Positions 12,291-25,919 of a stretch of DNA of 64,000 nt are shown piece by piece. Origin of the DNA: Chrysomallon squamiferum (Eukaryota > Animalia > Mollusca); assembly GCA_012295275.1 (NCBI GenBank), contig CM022665.1, forward strand, positions 34,534,001 to 34,598,000, read 5' to 3'. The position numbers were made by a program, and so were the translations under genes. Each line of letters begins with the position of its first letter. The stretch's first letter is position 1. The notes under the pieces were generated by a model, which was not told the DNA's origin, made no database searches, and saw only the letters and a program-made list of their open reading frames with translations.

Positions 12291-13912
12291 TTTATATATA
12301 TAACTGTTTGCAAAGCATATACAAACTGTTTACCTGTTACATTTTATTAAAAATAATCAGTTTTTAGTGATAATTAAATCAGATAAGCACTGTTCAATTA
12401 AATTAATGTATTTTTAATAAACTGTTGCTTTATACCTGTTGCAAAGTCAGATAACTAGATAAATGTTTTGTTTTTGTTAAAGATTATCTTTTGCTTGAGC
12501 GATTTAACATTGTAATTTTAATATTTAAAACAAATTATCCACAAATCTGTTGATACAAATGTAAGATAAATCGTTAGTTACGGCTACTTTATCAGATGAC
12601 GTTCTTCAAATTTTAAAAACTCTTTGGGGGTTTTATGTATATATATATATATACACATACATACAGGTACTAGTTCTGATCACATGACCCCGAATGTAAC
12701 GTTGTCAGAACTATACGTCCCAAGTTTGGGAGATATTTCTGTACCTGTAGTAATTTAGGTGATTTTTTGTTTGTTTTGTTTGTTTGTTTGTTTCTTGTTT
12801 ATATTTTAGATTATTATTTTTTTTTATCATCACTTTCATAAAGGAGATATATCAGAATCAAAAAGCAAGTTATTTGTGAACATGCGTTTTTATTTTTATA
12901 CTCAAAAGTGAATATGTGTTTAAAACTTGGCAGTACTTAGAATTCGACAATCGGACGTATTTTAGGCCAAAAGCGGAGTATTAAAAGTAGACAATAGATT
13001 AATATCTAATTATCATTAATATTAAAACACTTCATTAACAAAATTCAAGTGTATTCATCCATCTACGAAGCTATTAAAATTATGCAACAAAAAAGTCCAA
13101 TCAGACTGCGGACACAGCTATTAAAACACAGCTGCATAGGTGTACAGTAGTTGTTGTAGTAGTAGTGTTGTTGTAGTTTTAGTTGTAGTTGAAGTTGTAG
13201 TTGTAGTGGTAGTAGTAGTTGGAATAGCAGTGGGAGTTGTAGGAAAAATAGAAATTCATGTAATGCGTATTGTACACGTACTAGTAGTACAAATAGTAGA
13301 TGCAGCAATATTAGTAATGTTAATTTTACCGTAGACACAGTAGAACGGTAATCTTAATATAGTATTTGTTATGATAGTACATATAGATAAATGTTAATTT
13401 TTTTATACACAAATGAGAAATTTGTTTATTTACTACTGCAGCAGTTACTACTACTACTATTTGTTCTTTTTAAAACAAATTTTTTTTTTTTTCAATGAGT
13501 GAATTTTTCAACAAAAGCAAAGGAATTTTTGTTTAGTGTTTGTTATTATAATAAGGCTATTTTAGTTACAGAATCATAGACCAAAGGGTTGAAATACTTA
13601 ATATTGAACTTAGAGTTTGCTCTAACAGACATTTCATATGGCCTCAAAATGTCCCTGTAATTGGTCAAATTTCAAAATTTGGGTCCTTGTTGCCCTATTG
13701 TTGCTGGTTGCAAATGGTCCCCCATAACAGTTCCAACTTCAAAGTAACACCACCACCATCACTACTATTACTACTACTAATGCTACTGCTGCTGCTGCTG
13801 CTGCTGCAATTTCTACTATACCTGAAAATGTATCATAATATTAGACCGATCCACAGTAATTATAACTATTTATTCAGATTCGGGAATATAAAACCATTTT
13901 CATTCTTATTGC

Positions 13913-14204
13913 CAATGCCGGATTTAGGTAAACAAGTTAAACAAGCTACAGCTTAGGACCTCAAGATTGTGTTTTATACTCATTTTTACCTCAGGTAATC
14001 TGATAAAATTACCTGAGGTTATTTAGTACTGATACCGTCGTTCGTCATTCATTGAAAATAGTTTGTATTGTTCACTTTGTAATTAAATTATTAAAAGGCA
14101 TATATATTTTCATGTTTTCTGAGACCATCTTTTGTAGTTTAGAAAAAAAATGGATTCAGGGCTTTATATAGCTTAGGGCCTCACTTAGTCAAACTCCGGC
14201 ACTC
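13913..14204. mobile_element. Probable hAT-type MITE
   Basis: Termini CAATGCCGGATTT ... AAACTCCGGCACTC are imperfect inverted repeats, with subterminal GCTTAGGACCTCA / GCTTAGGGCCTCA direct repeats. Confidence 0.5.
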
Positions 14205-15611
14205 CATATTGCCATAAAATAGGATAGTTTCATTAAATAACACGAATATCATTAAATATGCCCACCCCTCCAATATGATACACCTGCTGAGTAGAAGTAA
14301 AAGCTTGTTTTATTTGTATTTTTTAATACAAACAGTAAAGCATGTAACACGGACTTTGAGACAACGTTGTATAAATTATGTCTTTGCTGCGTAACCGATG
14401 TGGCGGGAAGTGGGTATTTTAAATGCTATGTATATAAAATGTGTCGTGTCGCAAACAACAATAATAATTTAAAAATAAGACTTAAAAACAATAAAAGTAA
14501 AACAATCACATTTTCATAATATGTATGTATGTGTGTGTGTATAGTGTGTGTTTATATATATGCACTAAACAGTCCGGCATAGGAAATAAATACAGGCAAT
14601 ACTGATAAATCTAACCTGTGTAGCATATACAACAGTGCTTAATTTAATTAAGAGGATTTAAAATATAACAGATGTGTTTGACAGAAAATACGAAATGTAT
14701 TCACACAATTAACACATTAATATATAATGGAACCACTGTAATACAGAGCCGAATGTGAAAGCAATGATTAAAACACATGCGCGCGCGCGCACACACACAC
14801 ACACATCCGCATATCTGGCGGTTTGTTTGTCTTGTCAAATACAAATACACGTGTTTGTGTTTATGTATGTATGTCGCTCTCTCTCTCTCTACGTGCGTGT
14901 GTGTGTGTGTGTAGGCCTACATGCACACACGTATAGTTACATATATATACATTCAATATATACATTTATGTTATATATCCTTAATTATGCATACATAAAC
15001 ATACACATATATAATATACTTAACTATTTTTTATATATATGTTTACAAAAAACACACGTACACATATATATCTTTATAATCATTAATAATAATTCCTTTT
15101 TTTCATTCAGAAGAGTTGATCCTGATCGTCATAAACACGACCTGCTGCTGTTTTTAATAATGTTGCCTTTAAAAGAGTTACTTACGAGGGATACAAATGC
15201 TGCTAAAAGCGTTGTCTCTAAGGGATACAGCTGTTGTTAAATGTTTTGCTTATGAAGGATGCGGCTGTCATAAATGCGTCGCCTATGTGTTTGCGGCTAC
15301 TGCTAAAAGCTATTATGTTATTAACTTGAGTTATGATGAATAGCTTTGGAAATTCGAACAGTTGTTGTTAAAAGTTAGCTCCCGAACAGTTTATTTTTCA
15401 TGAAGTGACAATATTTCTGCTGTATATTACCCTGATAATAAGCAGGGGAAACAATCAGCTGAGCGTCTTGCCAGCAGAGGGCAAATAACAACAAAAGGAC
15501 CCAACAATAACTAATTCTCCACCAAGGTCACGAACACAACGTCCTAGATATTAGAATAGTATCCAGGCACGTTGTTGTTCTCACTCCTCCAGCTCCCAAT
15601 AATAACTACAG

Positions 15612-15867
15612 TATAAATAGTCATTTCATATAAGTTTATGTCTTAAGTTCTCTCTGACCTTTGACCAGCTAAGTTTCAATTTGACCGGTCGCTACTCAGT
15701 AAAAAGGCCACGAAAATCACAAGCGTAAATTCCACGGATCTACTGATATTGATTTTAACGCGTTGAAGAGTGTCATTTACAGCTGTGCTGTTTTTACCTG
15801 CATATTTAAAACTTTGTGTTCGCGTCATTTAAAATGTACAAAATGTCGTTTTAGGAAAGATAACAAG
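15612..15867 (+). promoter_or_regulatory. TATA box and non-coding first exon of the ACE-like gene
   Basis: TATAAATA at 15612-15619 and a strong AAG|GTAAGT donor after 15867. The ATG exon begins at an acceptor (TTGCAG, 19010) 16 nt before the ATG. Confidence 0.6.
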
Positions 15868-16749
15868 GTAAGTGTTTTAGCAGTTGCTGGTCTAGTTGTA
15901 TTTGTTTACGAACAGTGAGAATAAAACTTCAAATATCACCAACAGATGCACTAAATTACAACACATTACACAACATAGATACACTGCCAGTCATTTTTGC
16001 TTCATTTTTTTTTTTTTTTTTTTTTTTTACTTTCATGACTTAACCATTTTTTTTTTTATTGAAATACAGAATTCGACCGAAGAAGGTATGAGCCTGGGTA
16101 GGGTGGAACATCAAAATTGTGACAATTTTTATTTTTAAGATTCATTTTTTCATTATTTTATGTTCAAGTACGTGCATTGTAACATAGATCATTGGTAAAG
16201 CGCTTGCAGCAATAAATAAATAAATATGTTCAATTACCACCGAAGGGCAAATTGCTGCCGATCGCGTATCAAAGATCTGTATAATCTTGTCTACAACAGA
16301 TGTATATAAAATAATGCTCCCTACTTTGAAAAAGATAAAAACCATCGCATTATGCAGTTTCTCATTATCTGCTTGGAACTTAAAAATATATTAACAAAAT
16401 TAAATATTTTGGTTGCTTTGCTAAATCAGAACATTGCCACTTTACCAGAAGACTCAGTAATTTGTATCGGTAAAAATCTGGTAAACATCCAGTAGTCAGA
16501 ATTATTTGGAGTCCCCTCAGCAGTCTATAACAAATCCTGGATCGCTGCCCCCATTAGATGGCATATGTTATTAATTTAATTTAATATAATATATCTACAT
16601 AAATTTAAATTAGTAAGGTGTATTTATATGTGTAATGTTAATGTTTTGTAAAACTGAATAATGATACAATAATAAAGAACGTTCAGAATCTAAGATTAAA
16701 AAATGCCTCTTTAAACAAAATAAACCGCTAATTTTTTAAATTTAAAGTA

Positions 16750-16990
16750 GCAGACTGCGATTCAGTGGTCAGAACTTAGACTCAGTCATGTAAAATAGCA
16801 GGATTGATTCCCTCTCGGTTCACTCGATTAGTTTTTCCAAGATTTTGTTGGCTTTTTTCTGTTTAAGGAAAGGTTCATGGAAAAGTTTTCTTGCTGTTAA
16901 TCTGTGTATAACTTGTTTTCACTTTAACACCATCACCACATAAAAACTGTTTTAGGCATCTAACAACCGTTGACATTAAAATATAGTTTT
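16750..16990 (+). mobile_element. Degraded SINE-like relic
   Basis: tRNA-like head (GCGATTCAGTGGTCAGAAC...CAGGATTGATTCCC) resembles the head at ~51638 (GTGATTCAGTGGTAGAG). The copy is very diverged. Confidence 0.35.
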
Positions 16991-17244
16991 AACTATTTAT
17001 TAATTTATTCATTGATTTTAAGAAATACTTTTAATAGTTTATTTTCTCTAGACAGTCTCTCACTCTGTATTTAAATATTTTATGCGAAAATATTTGAAAT
17101 AATTTTTGAATTACACTGAGTGTTTGCTTTCAGTGTCGGAGCGACATTCAGTATACATGTAGTCAGTCTGGGACCCAGATATGTAGAAATGTAGAAATAT
17201 GGAAGTTTAGAGAAAAAGTCCTTAACAAATTAAAACATACAGAA

Positions 17245-17407
17245 ACTAGCTATAAAAAGAAAGTCTAAGCCGTGATACTTGATTACAAAGTAATATGCTG
17301 TTTTATATTAATGAATTAAAAAAAATATATATATAAATAAAATCTCTTATCTGATGGTGTTTGGAAACAATGACACAAAGTATTAAAATAATCCCTCTTA
17401 CGTATTT

Positions 17408-17466
<59 letters not shown>

Positions 17467-18350
17467 ACGGAAACAACAAAACCCCAAACAAAACAATAAT
17501 AATAAAATAAACAGAATACAATCCTGAATAAATAAATAAATAAATATTTTAACCTATATAGAACTGACATGAAATATTAAATATTACGGACACATTTTGA
17601 TATTTGACATGAAATTTAATTCTAATTTCAAAAAATGTTTTTACAACAACAACAACAACAGTCCATGAATTCATTATTTTGTTCCGTCAAATGTTTATTT
17701 ATTTAAAATCCATTATTAGCATGTTCCACCATCCCATTAAATATGTTACACACATATATTATATGTACATGTATTTTATCGGTATTATATATGCATATTT
17801 ATTCAAACACATTTTTGAATGCTATATTTAAAGAAACTTTCATTTTATGCTAACATACATTATCTCGAACGTCGATAAAAACAGACAAACACTATGCACA
17901 CTAAGAGACATGCACAAATACATATAACACAACTGAAAACGCAAAATACATACATCTAAACAAACACAACTTATTCCTGTTTACATAATTACTTATATTC
18001 ACATAAACAAACACGGGCATACAAAAATATGCCATGAAACAAACAAAACACACACAAACACGGTCATTCACATACACTATTCCTACATATACACCTACAT
18101 CCACGCAACCACACACACACACGAATATACACAGAAATACAAATACTCACACTGAAACACACACACAGACACAAATACTTAACAAGGATTATTTTAATAC
18201 TTTGTTTCAGTGTTTCCAAACATCATCAGCTAAGAGGTTTGTTTTGTTATTGTTGGGGTTTTTTTCATTAATTTAAAACACATTCATCTTTTCAGTATAT
18301 TACTTTGTAATCATGTGTCACGGCTTAGATTTTCTTTTTATATCTTGTTT
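17245..18350. repeat. Inverted duplication of ~150 bp (arms ~17245-17396 and ~18186-18350) in ACE intron 1
   Basis: AAGTCTAAGCCGTGATACTTGATTACAAAGTAATAT and CTGATGGTGTTTGGAAACAATGACACAAAGTATTAAAATAATCC on the left match reverse complements on the right. The ORF track shows the same pseudo-peptide (DYFNTL..CFQT.S.KRF) on opposite strands. Confidence 0.85.
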
Positions 18351-19026
18351 TCATTCCTGTATGGTATCATTCTTATTTTAATTACCAATATTTTTAAGAA
18401 GATAAAAATATTTCCAGACCAAGGGGAAGAACACAAGAAAACTAGTGTCAGCCGATTGGAATACGGATAAAGATCTTTGCAGATTAGAATTTTAATTATA
18501 AGAACAAAACTAAAATCTCTGTTTACTGTTCACTGTTGATTAGTTTCAGTACAGCATCAGTTAGTTCTTCTTATTATTACTATTAGTGTTACCTTTATCA
18601 TTATTTAATGGTTATTATTATTACTGTTGCTGTTGTTATTGTTGTTATCGACTTATTATTATTATTATTGTTGTTGTTGTTCTTATTATACTTATTGAAA
18701 TTGTTATTTATAATGATAATAATAATAATAATAAGTAATAGTAGTAGTAGTAGTAGTAACAATAGAAACAGTAGTAGCTTTAATAACTGTAGTGTTGTGG
18801 CAGAGGAAGATAAATCGTAGAAAACTGAACAAACAGAACAATAAACCATTCTCCTAATAATGGATTTCATAGTCGGAATATCAAGAGATTTTATCAAAAT
18901 CGTTAACATACATTTTATTACTTTCTGCTTTCTGGAACAGTCGACGAACCGTGTTGTTCTAACCTAACTTTCGTTTATTTTTATGCTAACGACGTTTTTA
19001 AAACTTGCAGAGTCAAAGTGGCGACG

Positions 19027-20670
19027 ATGAATCTGATAACAGGTCTAATCTGTTTATGCCTGGTAGCAGGTGTTCTCGGAAAGGCAGATCAACACAACAG
19101 ATTAAGGAAGGTATTGATGAATTGCACAAATTCATTGCGAGGTAAGTTTGATATCTTTGATGGACAAATAATGAGCTAGATGTATTAGAAAAATGTGTGT
19201 GTGTATATTTTGTTTTAAATAAAAATTATATACCTATAAAATATATATATATATATTTATTTAATAGTGATTGCATACTTTTTATTTAAAAAACCAATAA
19301 GCAATCGTGACTATTTGACTGAATGAACGAATGAAAGTAAGAACGAACGACTGGATCAAAGATATTTATTATATGGTCATTCCGTATCAAATTATCCTCA
19401 GAATTGTAAAACTTTTAACTCCAGCCCTTCAGATTTTGCTGTAATTTGGAAGTTTGTTCAGTATGGGTGGGAAATTTGAAATGCCAAATATTTCTTGTAC
19501 AGGATCAATTATTTAGGAAATAACACGCTTTTGCAATAAAATTAATTTACAATTGTAGCCAAAGATATTGGCTGTAACATATAAAATCCATGGGTGTAAT
19601 AAATATATATATTTTTAACAACTGTAATCAAAATAGGCACATCAGAAGACGAACGAGTGCTGCAAACAAATTAAACAAATAATGGGACTCTATCAAAAAA
19701 AAATTCAGTTAATTTCAGGGGCGGTCAAACTTTTTAAAACAGGGGCCGGATAGATCTTACAAGAAGAGCATGAGGGCCAGAATATGAAATGAGAACAAAA
19801 AAGATTTCAAAACGTATATTTTATGTAAACAGTAAATTCACAGTGAAAACCAGTTTTGATCGTGGCAGTTAGCGTGGTTCAGTTCGCCCGCATGTGTAAT
19901 TGACACAGGATTGAAATAATGATCGTTATAGTTTGCATATTTTGAAATAGTGAAGCAAGCAGCCATTCAGAATTCAGATTTGATTTGACAAGCACCTTTG
20001 AGATGCCTTAAATTTTAAACTTGAGTGCGACTTGAATAAAAAAATAGCTGTGTCAACTGACTTTATTTCATTGACTTTTAGTTTGCTGTCTCGCTAGCCG
20101 GATGGCAATGTTAACTGTGAACAATTTGGCGGGTCAGACAACAAATCTTTGCAGGCTGGAATTTGCCCGCCCGAGTTAGATGGATTGTTGAGAAACAAGG
20201 GTCTAAAGATGGGTTTTGTCACTCATTTTAGACCAAATACCCTAACTATGGAATGTTATGTTTTTGTTTTTTATCCTCGTCGGTATATAATAAAAGCCTC
20301 ACTAATGTTTTTAAGAAAACACTGACACTAAATTGGGAGACAGATACGATATTTAATCCATGTAAGTGTCTTACAGTGTAGTCCCAGTGTTTCTTTAAAA
20401 GCTATACGGGAAAGACTAAAACATAAATATTCCCATACAGACACCCACTAAACAAAATATATTTGAATCCAATAACGATATCATAGCTAACCTTAGAAAG
20501 TATTTACGTGACAGATATACATTTTCGTTTTTTAAATTATTGCGATCAATATTTATAATAAAATATTCAGTTCTGTTTATACATTCAATATACGCGTTTG
20601 CGTAGTTTTTTAATTTTTTAAATTATTAGTCTTTTTTTATATACATATGTGAATATATTAATATATATGA

Positions 20671-20720
<50 letters not shown>

Positions 20721-20810
20721 AATGTATGTATGATTAGGTAGAGAAAGCGATAGATGTAGAGGTAGGTATATTTAATATATCAGGTGATATTCTTAATGTT
20801 CCATTTCTTT

Positions 20811-20860
<50 letters not shown>

Positions 20861-23800
20861 TGTGTGTGTGTGTGTGTGATTCATTTAATTTCCAATTTCA
20901 CGCTCGGTAGACATATCAGTGTATAAATATTTTGTAGTAATTATTATTACTACTTACATTAGAAGTAGTATAGTAGTAGTAATACAGTTAGGGAATTTTC
21001 CTCTTTTTTTTTCTTCTTTTTTCTTCCCCTCCTCCCAAGTGACTATCTACATTATTGATATTAGTTTTCCTCCTACATTTTCTTTTTAATGTATAAAATA
21101 ATGTTGTGTGTTTCAGATGTATTAGAGCGGATAAAATCTGGTAAAAGAAAAACTGATAGTTATGCTGATCTAAAGTCAAAGGCTGGAGCGGAAGATTGGT
21201 TGGATAAAACCAATGAGCAGCTGAGAAAATTGTCTACAAAAAGCGCGGAAACAAACTGGAATTTGCAAACTAACGTGACTTCAGAAAATCAGAAAAAGGT
21301 AATGTTTAAAATGTAATGATGATGAGGAGAAGAGGAGCAGTTGGATTATTATGTTGACGATGATGATGATGGTGGTAGTAGTGGGAATTATGATAAAAAA
21401 GACAGAGATGATAATTTCAATAATAACGATATCTTTTTATTATTATTATAATAATTATATTCATTATGTTCCCATGCACTGCTTCCCTCTTCGGCCAGTG
21501 GATTATTAATCAAAGACAATGGTACGTATTCCGCTGTCTATGAAGTCTGTTTATAAAATAATTTTCAGCTGGTATTTGAATAAATTAATCGACTGCATGG
21601 TCTTTAACCATACAGATGAAACGATAAAACCACAAATCAAAAATGTCTCGAAAACGTAATTAACAGAATACTTTTTACCTTATTACGTAGGTTGCTGAGG
21701 TGGAGGTTGAAATGGCGAAGTTTTTAAACAAAATATTAGAAAAAGCTAAAGACATCGACCCTAACGTACTAGATGATAATTACAAACGACAGCTAAGATT
21801 ATTGACGTTGTACGGATCATCGCACAATCCTGAAGTAATCAAGTAAGTATTAATAATCTAACTGTTAGTAGTATGCTAATACTATTCGTATTAAACTATA
21901 ATTATTTATGATTGGTCTTATCATAATTACTACTGCTACTGTTGCTATTACTACTTCTTCTGCTGTTACATCTGCTATCAATACTACTACTACCACTGCT
22001 ACTACTGCTACCACATCACCACCACTGCTACCACATCACTACCACAACCACTGTTACTGCCATTGCTATTAGCATTACTAATTCTACGGCTACTGTTACT
22101 GCATCTACTACCACCATGTTACTACCACCATCACCATTACTCTGCTGTTACTACTACTGCAACCACTAGTATATATTGTATAGCTACCGTTACTACTACT
22201 TCTATAGCTGGTATTGATGCTTATATTATTACCACAACTAATGAAACAGACCCATATGTATATGTATGTGTGTGTATATATATATACACATATATATATG
22301 TATGTATATATATATATATACACACATATGTATATACACACATATATATATTATATATATATATATATATACACATATATATATATACACATATGTGTAT
22401 ATATATATGTATATACACACACATATATATATATGTATGTATATATATATATGTGTGTGTGTGTGTATATATACATATATATACATATTTATATATACAT
22501 ATACACACACACACACATACACATTTACAATACGAAGGTATGTACGTATATAATACAGAAAATATGTACATACATACAAACATACTTACAAACATGCATA
22601 CAGACAATACATACATGCATGCATACATAAACACACATACACACACACATACACACATATACACACATACACACATATATCCACACACACATGTATACAC
22701 ACACACACGCTTGTATACATACTATATTTTAACTGTAACCCATGAGCTATGAGGTATCCAAAATATAACAGACCAGCAACGTGGTTGGGTAACGTAAATT
22801 TTGTAATATATCTGATATCACTTACGTATGTATGTCTGTTAATTATTTCAGAGAAACCAGTCTTACAAGCAGTGAAATGATGGAAATTTTTGACTCTGCA
22901 AAAGTGTGTAGGGAAGGAAAACCAAAAAACTGTTTGTCTAAAGAACCTGACCTCTATAAAATCATGTCTGAAAGTAGGGACCCATCTGAACTTTTATGGG
23001 CATGGAAAGGATGGCGGGATGTCACTGGTTCAAAAATACGACCTCTGTACGAGAAATACATAAAACTACTTAACCAAGGCGCCGTGGAAAACAGTATGCT
23101 TTGTATTGCAATCTACTATTACTAGAATCATTAAACTTTCTTCTCTCTCTTCATTACTTATATTTTTCTTATAATCTTTCATATTGTAAGCAAACGGAAT
23201 ACTGCAGTAGAGTTAAGATATAATGTTTGTTCAAAATGTGATGCTAACATGCATGAAAGTCTCACAAATTGAATAAAATATCATTTAGCTTTAGAATCCC
23301 TTTACAATAATTATGTCAAATTATGCAAACGACAGTAATTATATATCAAATTATACTATTTACAATAATTACGTGTCCGATGTATTTAACGTTTGTTACT
23401 TTAAATCATCGATGCTAAATTATATTTTATGTATATGTATATATACTTATTGAATGCATCAAAATAAAAATGTTTTGTGTTAATGTACTAAGTGACAAAA
23501 TAAATGAGCTGTGATGTCATCTGCTGGCCGGAGATCTCTGTCAAGTTTTATTCTGTTCTTGGTGATCTAACTGATGGCAAACTGCATGTTAGTATTGTAT
23601 GTCGCAATTATACTGCAGTAACTTTTTAAAATAATATAGATTTTGCACAAATATCTTCTATTTTACTTGGAAGCGATTTCATTTTGTTCTTTCTTTTGTT
23701 TATTACAATTACAATTACTGTTACTATTATTATTATTATTATTATTATTATAAGATTTTAGTGATTACGGCGCCTTTTGGAGAGATATGTTATTTGACCA

Positions 23801-25241
23801 AACTCCAGATATAGAAGCAAAATGCGATCGTCTTTGGGAAGAAATCAAGCCAATATATGTTCAGCTACACGCATTTGTGCGTAAGAAGTTAACCGAGAAA
23901 TACGGCAAGAAGATTGTGGGCACCAGTGGAGCTATTCCTGCTCACATCCTAGGTAGGGCTGTTCTGCGTTATTTAATAATATCAAATGACAAATTAGTTA
24001 CCAATGAATAACACCAAATATACCATTCATATTATCTGCGGATGCTGTATACTGTGATGGAATGACTGAGTGAATGTTTTACAACATTTCTGTATATTTT
24101 AATGGTTACCAGATTTCAGTTATAGGTTATATATCAAATAATGACTCATATAATTAGCAAAAAGAAATCGTTCGTACATTTCTGTCCACAAACAGGAAAG
24201 CATGTACTACGACCTATGATAAATCAGCATGAGGGATTAGTTTGAAACTGGAAATTTATCAACATGGTATTGGAGAATTTCTAGAACATTTTTGTAACAA
24301 CAGCAGTAACAAAAATAACAGCAGTAGTAGCAACATCGTCAGGTTTTTATTGTTTTCTAAACATTAGTGCGAATTGCATTTTCAGCGGCAAAAGGCAAAA
24401 CAAAATCAACTGCTGTCTGCTGATATTGACGTTTCTTGTGCTAGATTTATTTATTTATTTATTTATTTTTTTAATAAAAAACACCTCCCTCGGCAAGTTT
24501 GTCTAAAGTCGTCGTATGTATTTTCTTCGATATAAAGGAGTGTTTATATTGTAGTAATTAATATCATATTGCTGATTTGTGCAGGTAATATGCATGCTCA
24601 AGAATGGAATAACATATTTGAAATCATAATACCCAAAACGAGCAAAAATCGTATGAAAAGCATAAAAGACCGTGAGAATAAAGAGTTGCAGAGAAAGTAC
24701 GACGTTAATGGATTATTTCGTCTCGCAGAGGAGTTTTTCTGTTCCATATCTTTATACAACATGACTGACATATTCTGGGGAAAGTCAATGTTGGTGAAAC
24801 CAAAAGACCGTGAAGTGCAATGTCATGCTTCAGCCCACGACATGTACAGAAAAAACGATTTCAGGTAAGAGATGATAACTGATGATGTCAGACCTCGACA
24901 TGTCACTCGGTATCCTTAATTGGGCTCAATTGCTGTCTGTTTCAGCCATCTTTGCATCACATACTCTTTCATCTGACACATTGTCTGTACGTCACCTGAA
25001 CGTAACTTTTTCATTCATGTACGTGTACGTCACTTTCGTTTTCATATGTCGATACGTTACTATTCCTCTGACTGTACTTCACTCTTCAATCTTTTATTCA
25101 TCTACGCCAGTCTTTCGTCCGTCTATAATAGAAAAAATGGTTTAAATGAATGTAGTTCGATTTTAATAGAAGAAAAAATTACTCTTTTATCTAAAATCAT
25201 GGTTAAATATTTTCTATTTAATTTTTCAAATTCTTCTTCTT

Positions 25242-25303
<62 letters not shown>

Positions 25304-25869
25304 TGTTATTGTTATTATTATTGTTGTTGTTGTTGTTGGTTTTTTGGGGGGTTTGTTGTTATTGTTATTGTTATTATTATTACTTTTTGTAAACAAAAAG
25401 AAAAAGTGACTAAAATGTGATTAACATTCTTTCCAAACGTGATATTTTATAAATGATTACAAATCACAGTGACAGTAATAAATGTATAAATATCCCATTT
25501 TATTTTTGTTTCTGTGATGTAGCAATTACGGGAAGCCATCTACTACAGACAGTATCTTTGCAATATAATTAGCACATTCATAAAGATAATAGCAATTACG
25601 AGAACCAAAATTTCTGTTAAATATTATTCCTTTGAAATGCAGTTAGAAATATTTGCTACCTCACAAGTGATTTATTATTATTATTATTATTTTATTTTTA
25701 TATATATATATTTTATTATTATTATTATTATTACTATTATTTTTTTTTTTATTATTTTTTTTTTTTTTGTTTGTTAAAGAAATCAAACATATATAACCTG
25801 CATTAAAGGAAATGTACGAAAACAAAAATAAAAAATATAAAATTAAATAAATACATACATAAATAAATA

Positions 25870-25919
<50 letters not shown>

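Noticed and set aside
16750-16820. tRNA-like A/B box sequence
   Set aside because: No cloverleaf can be folded. It is better explained as a decayed SINE head.
21942-22752. Overlapping ORFs up to 229 aa rich in Y/I/H/T/C/V
   Set aside because: They are translations of dinucleotide and trinucleotide microsatellites inside an ACE intron.
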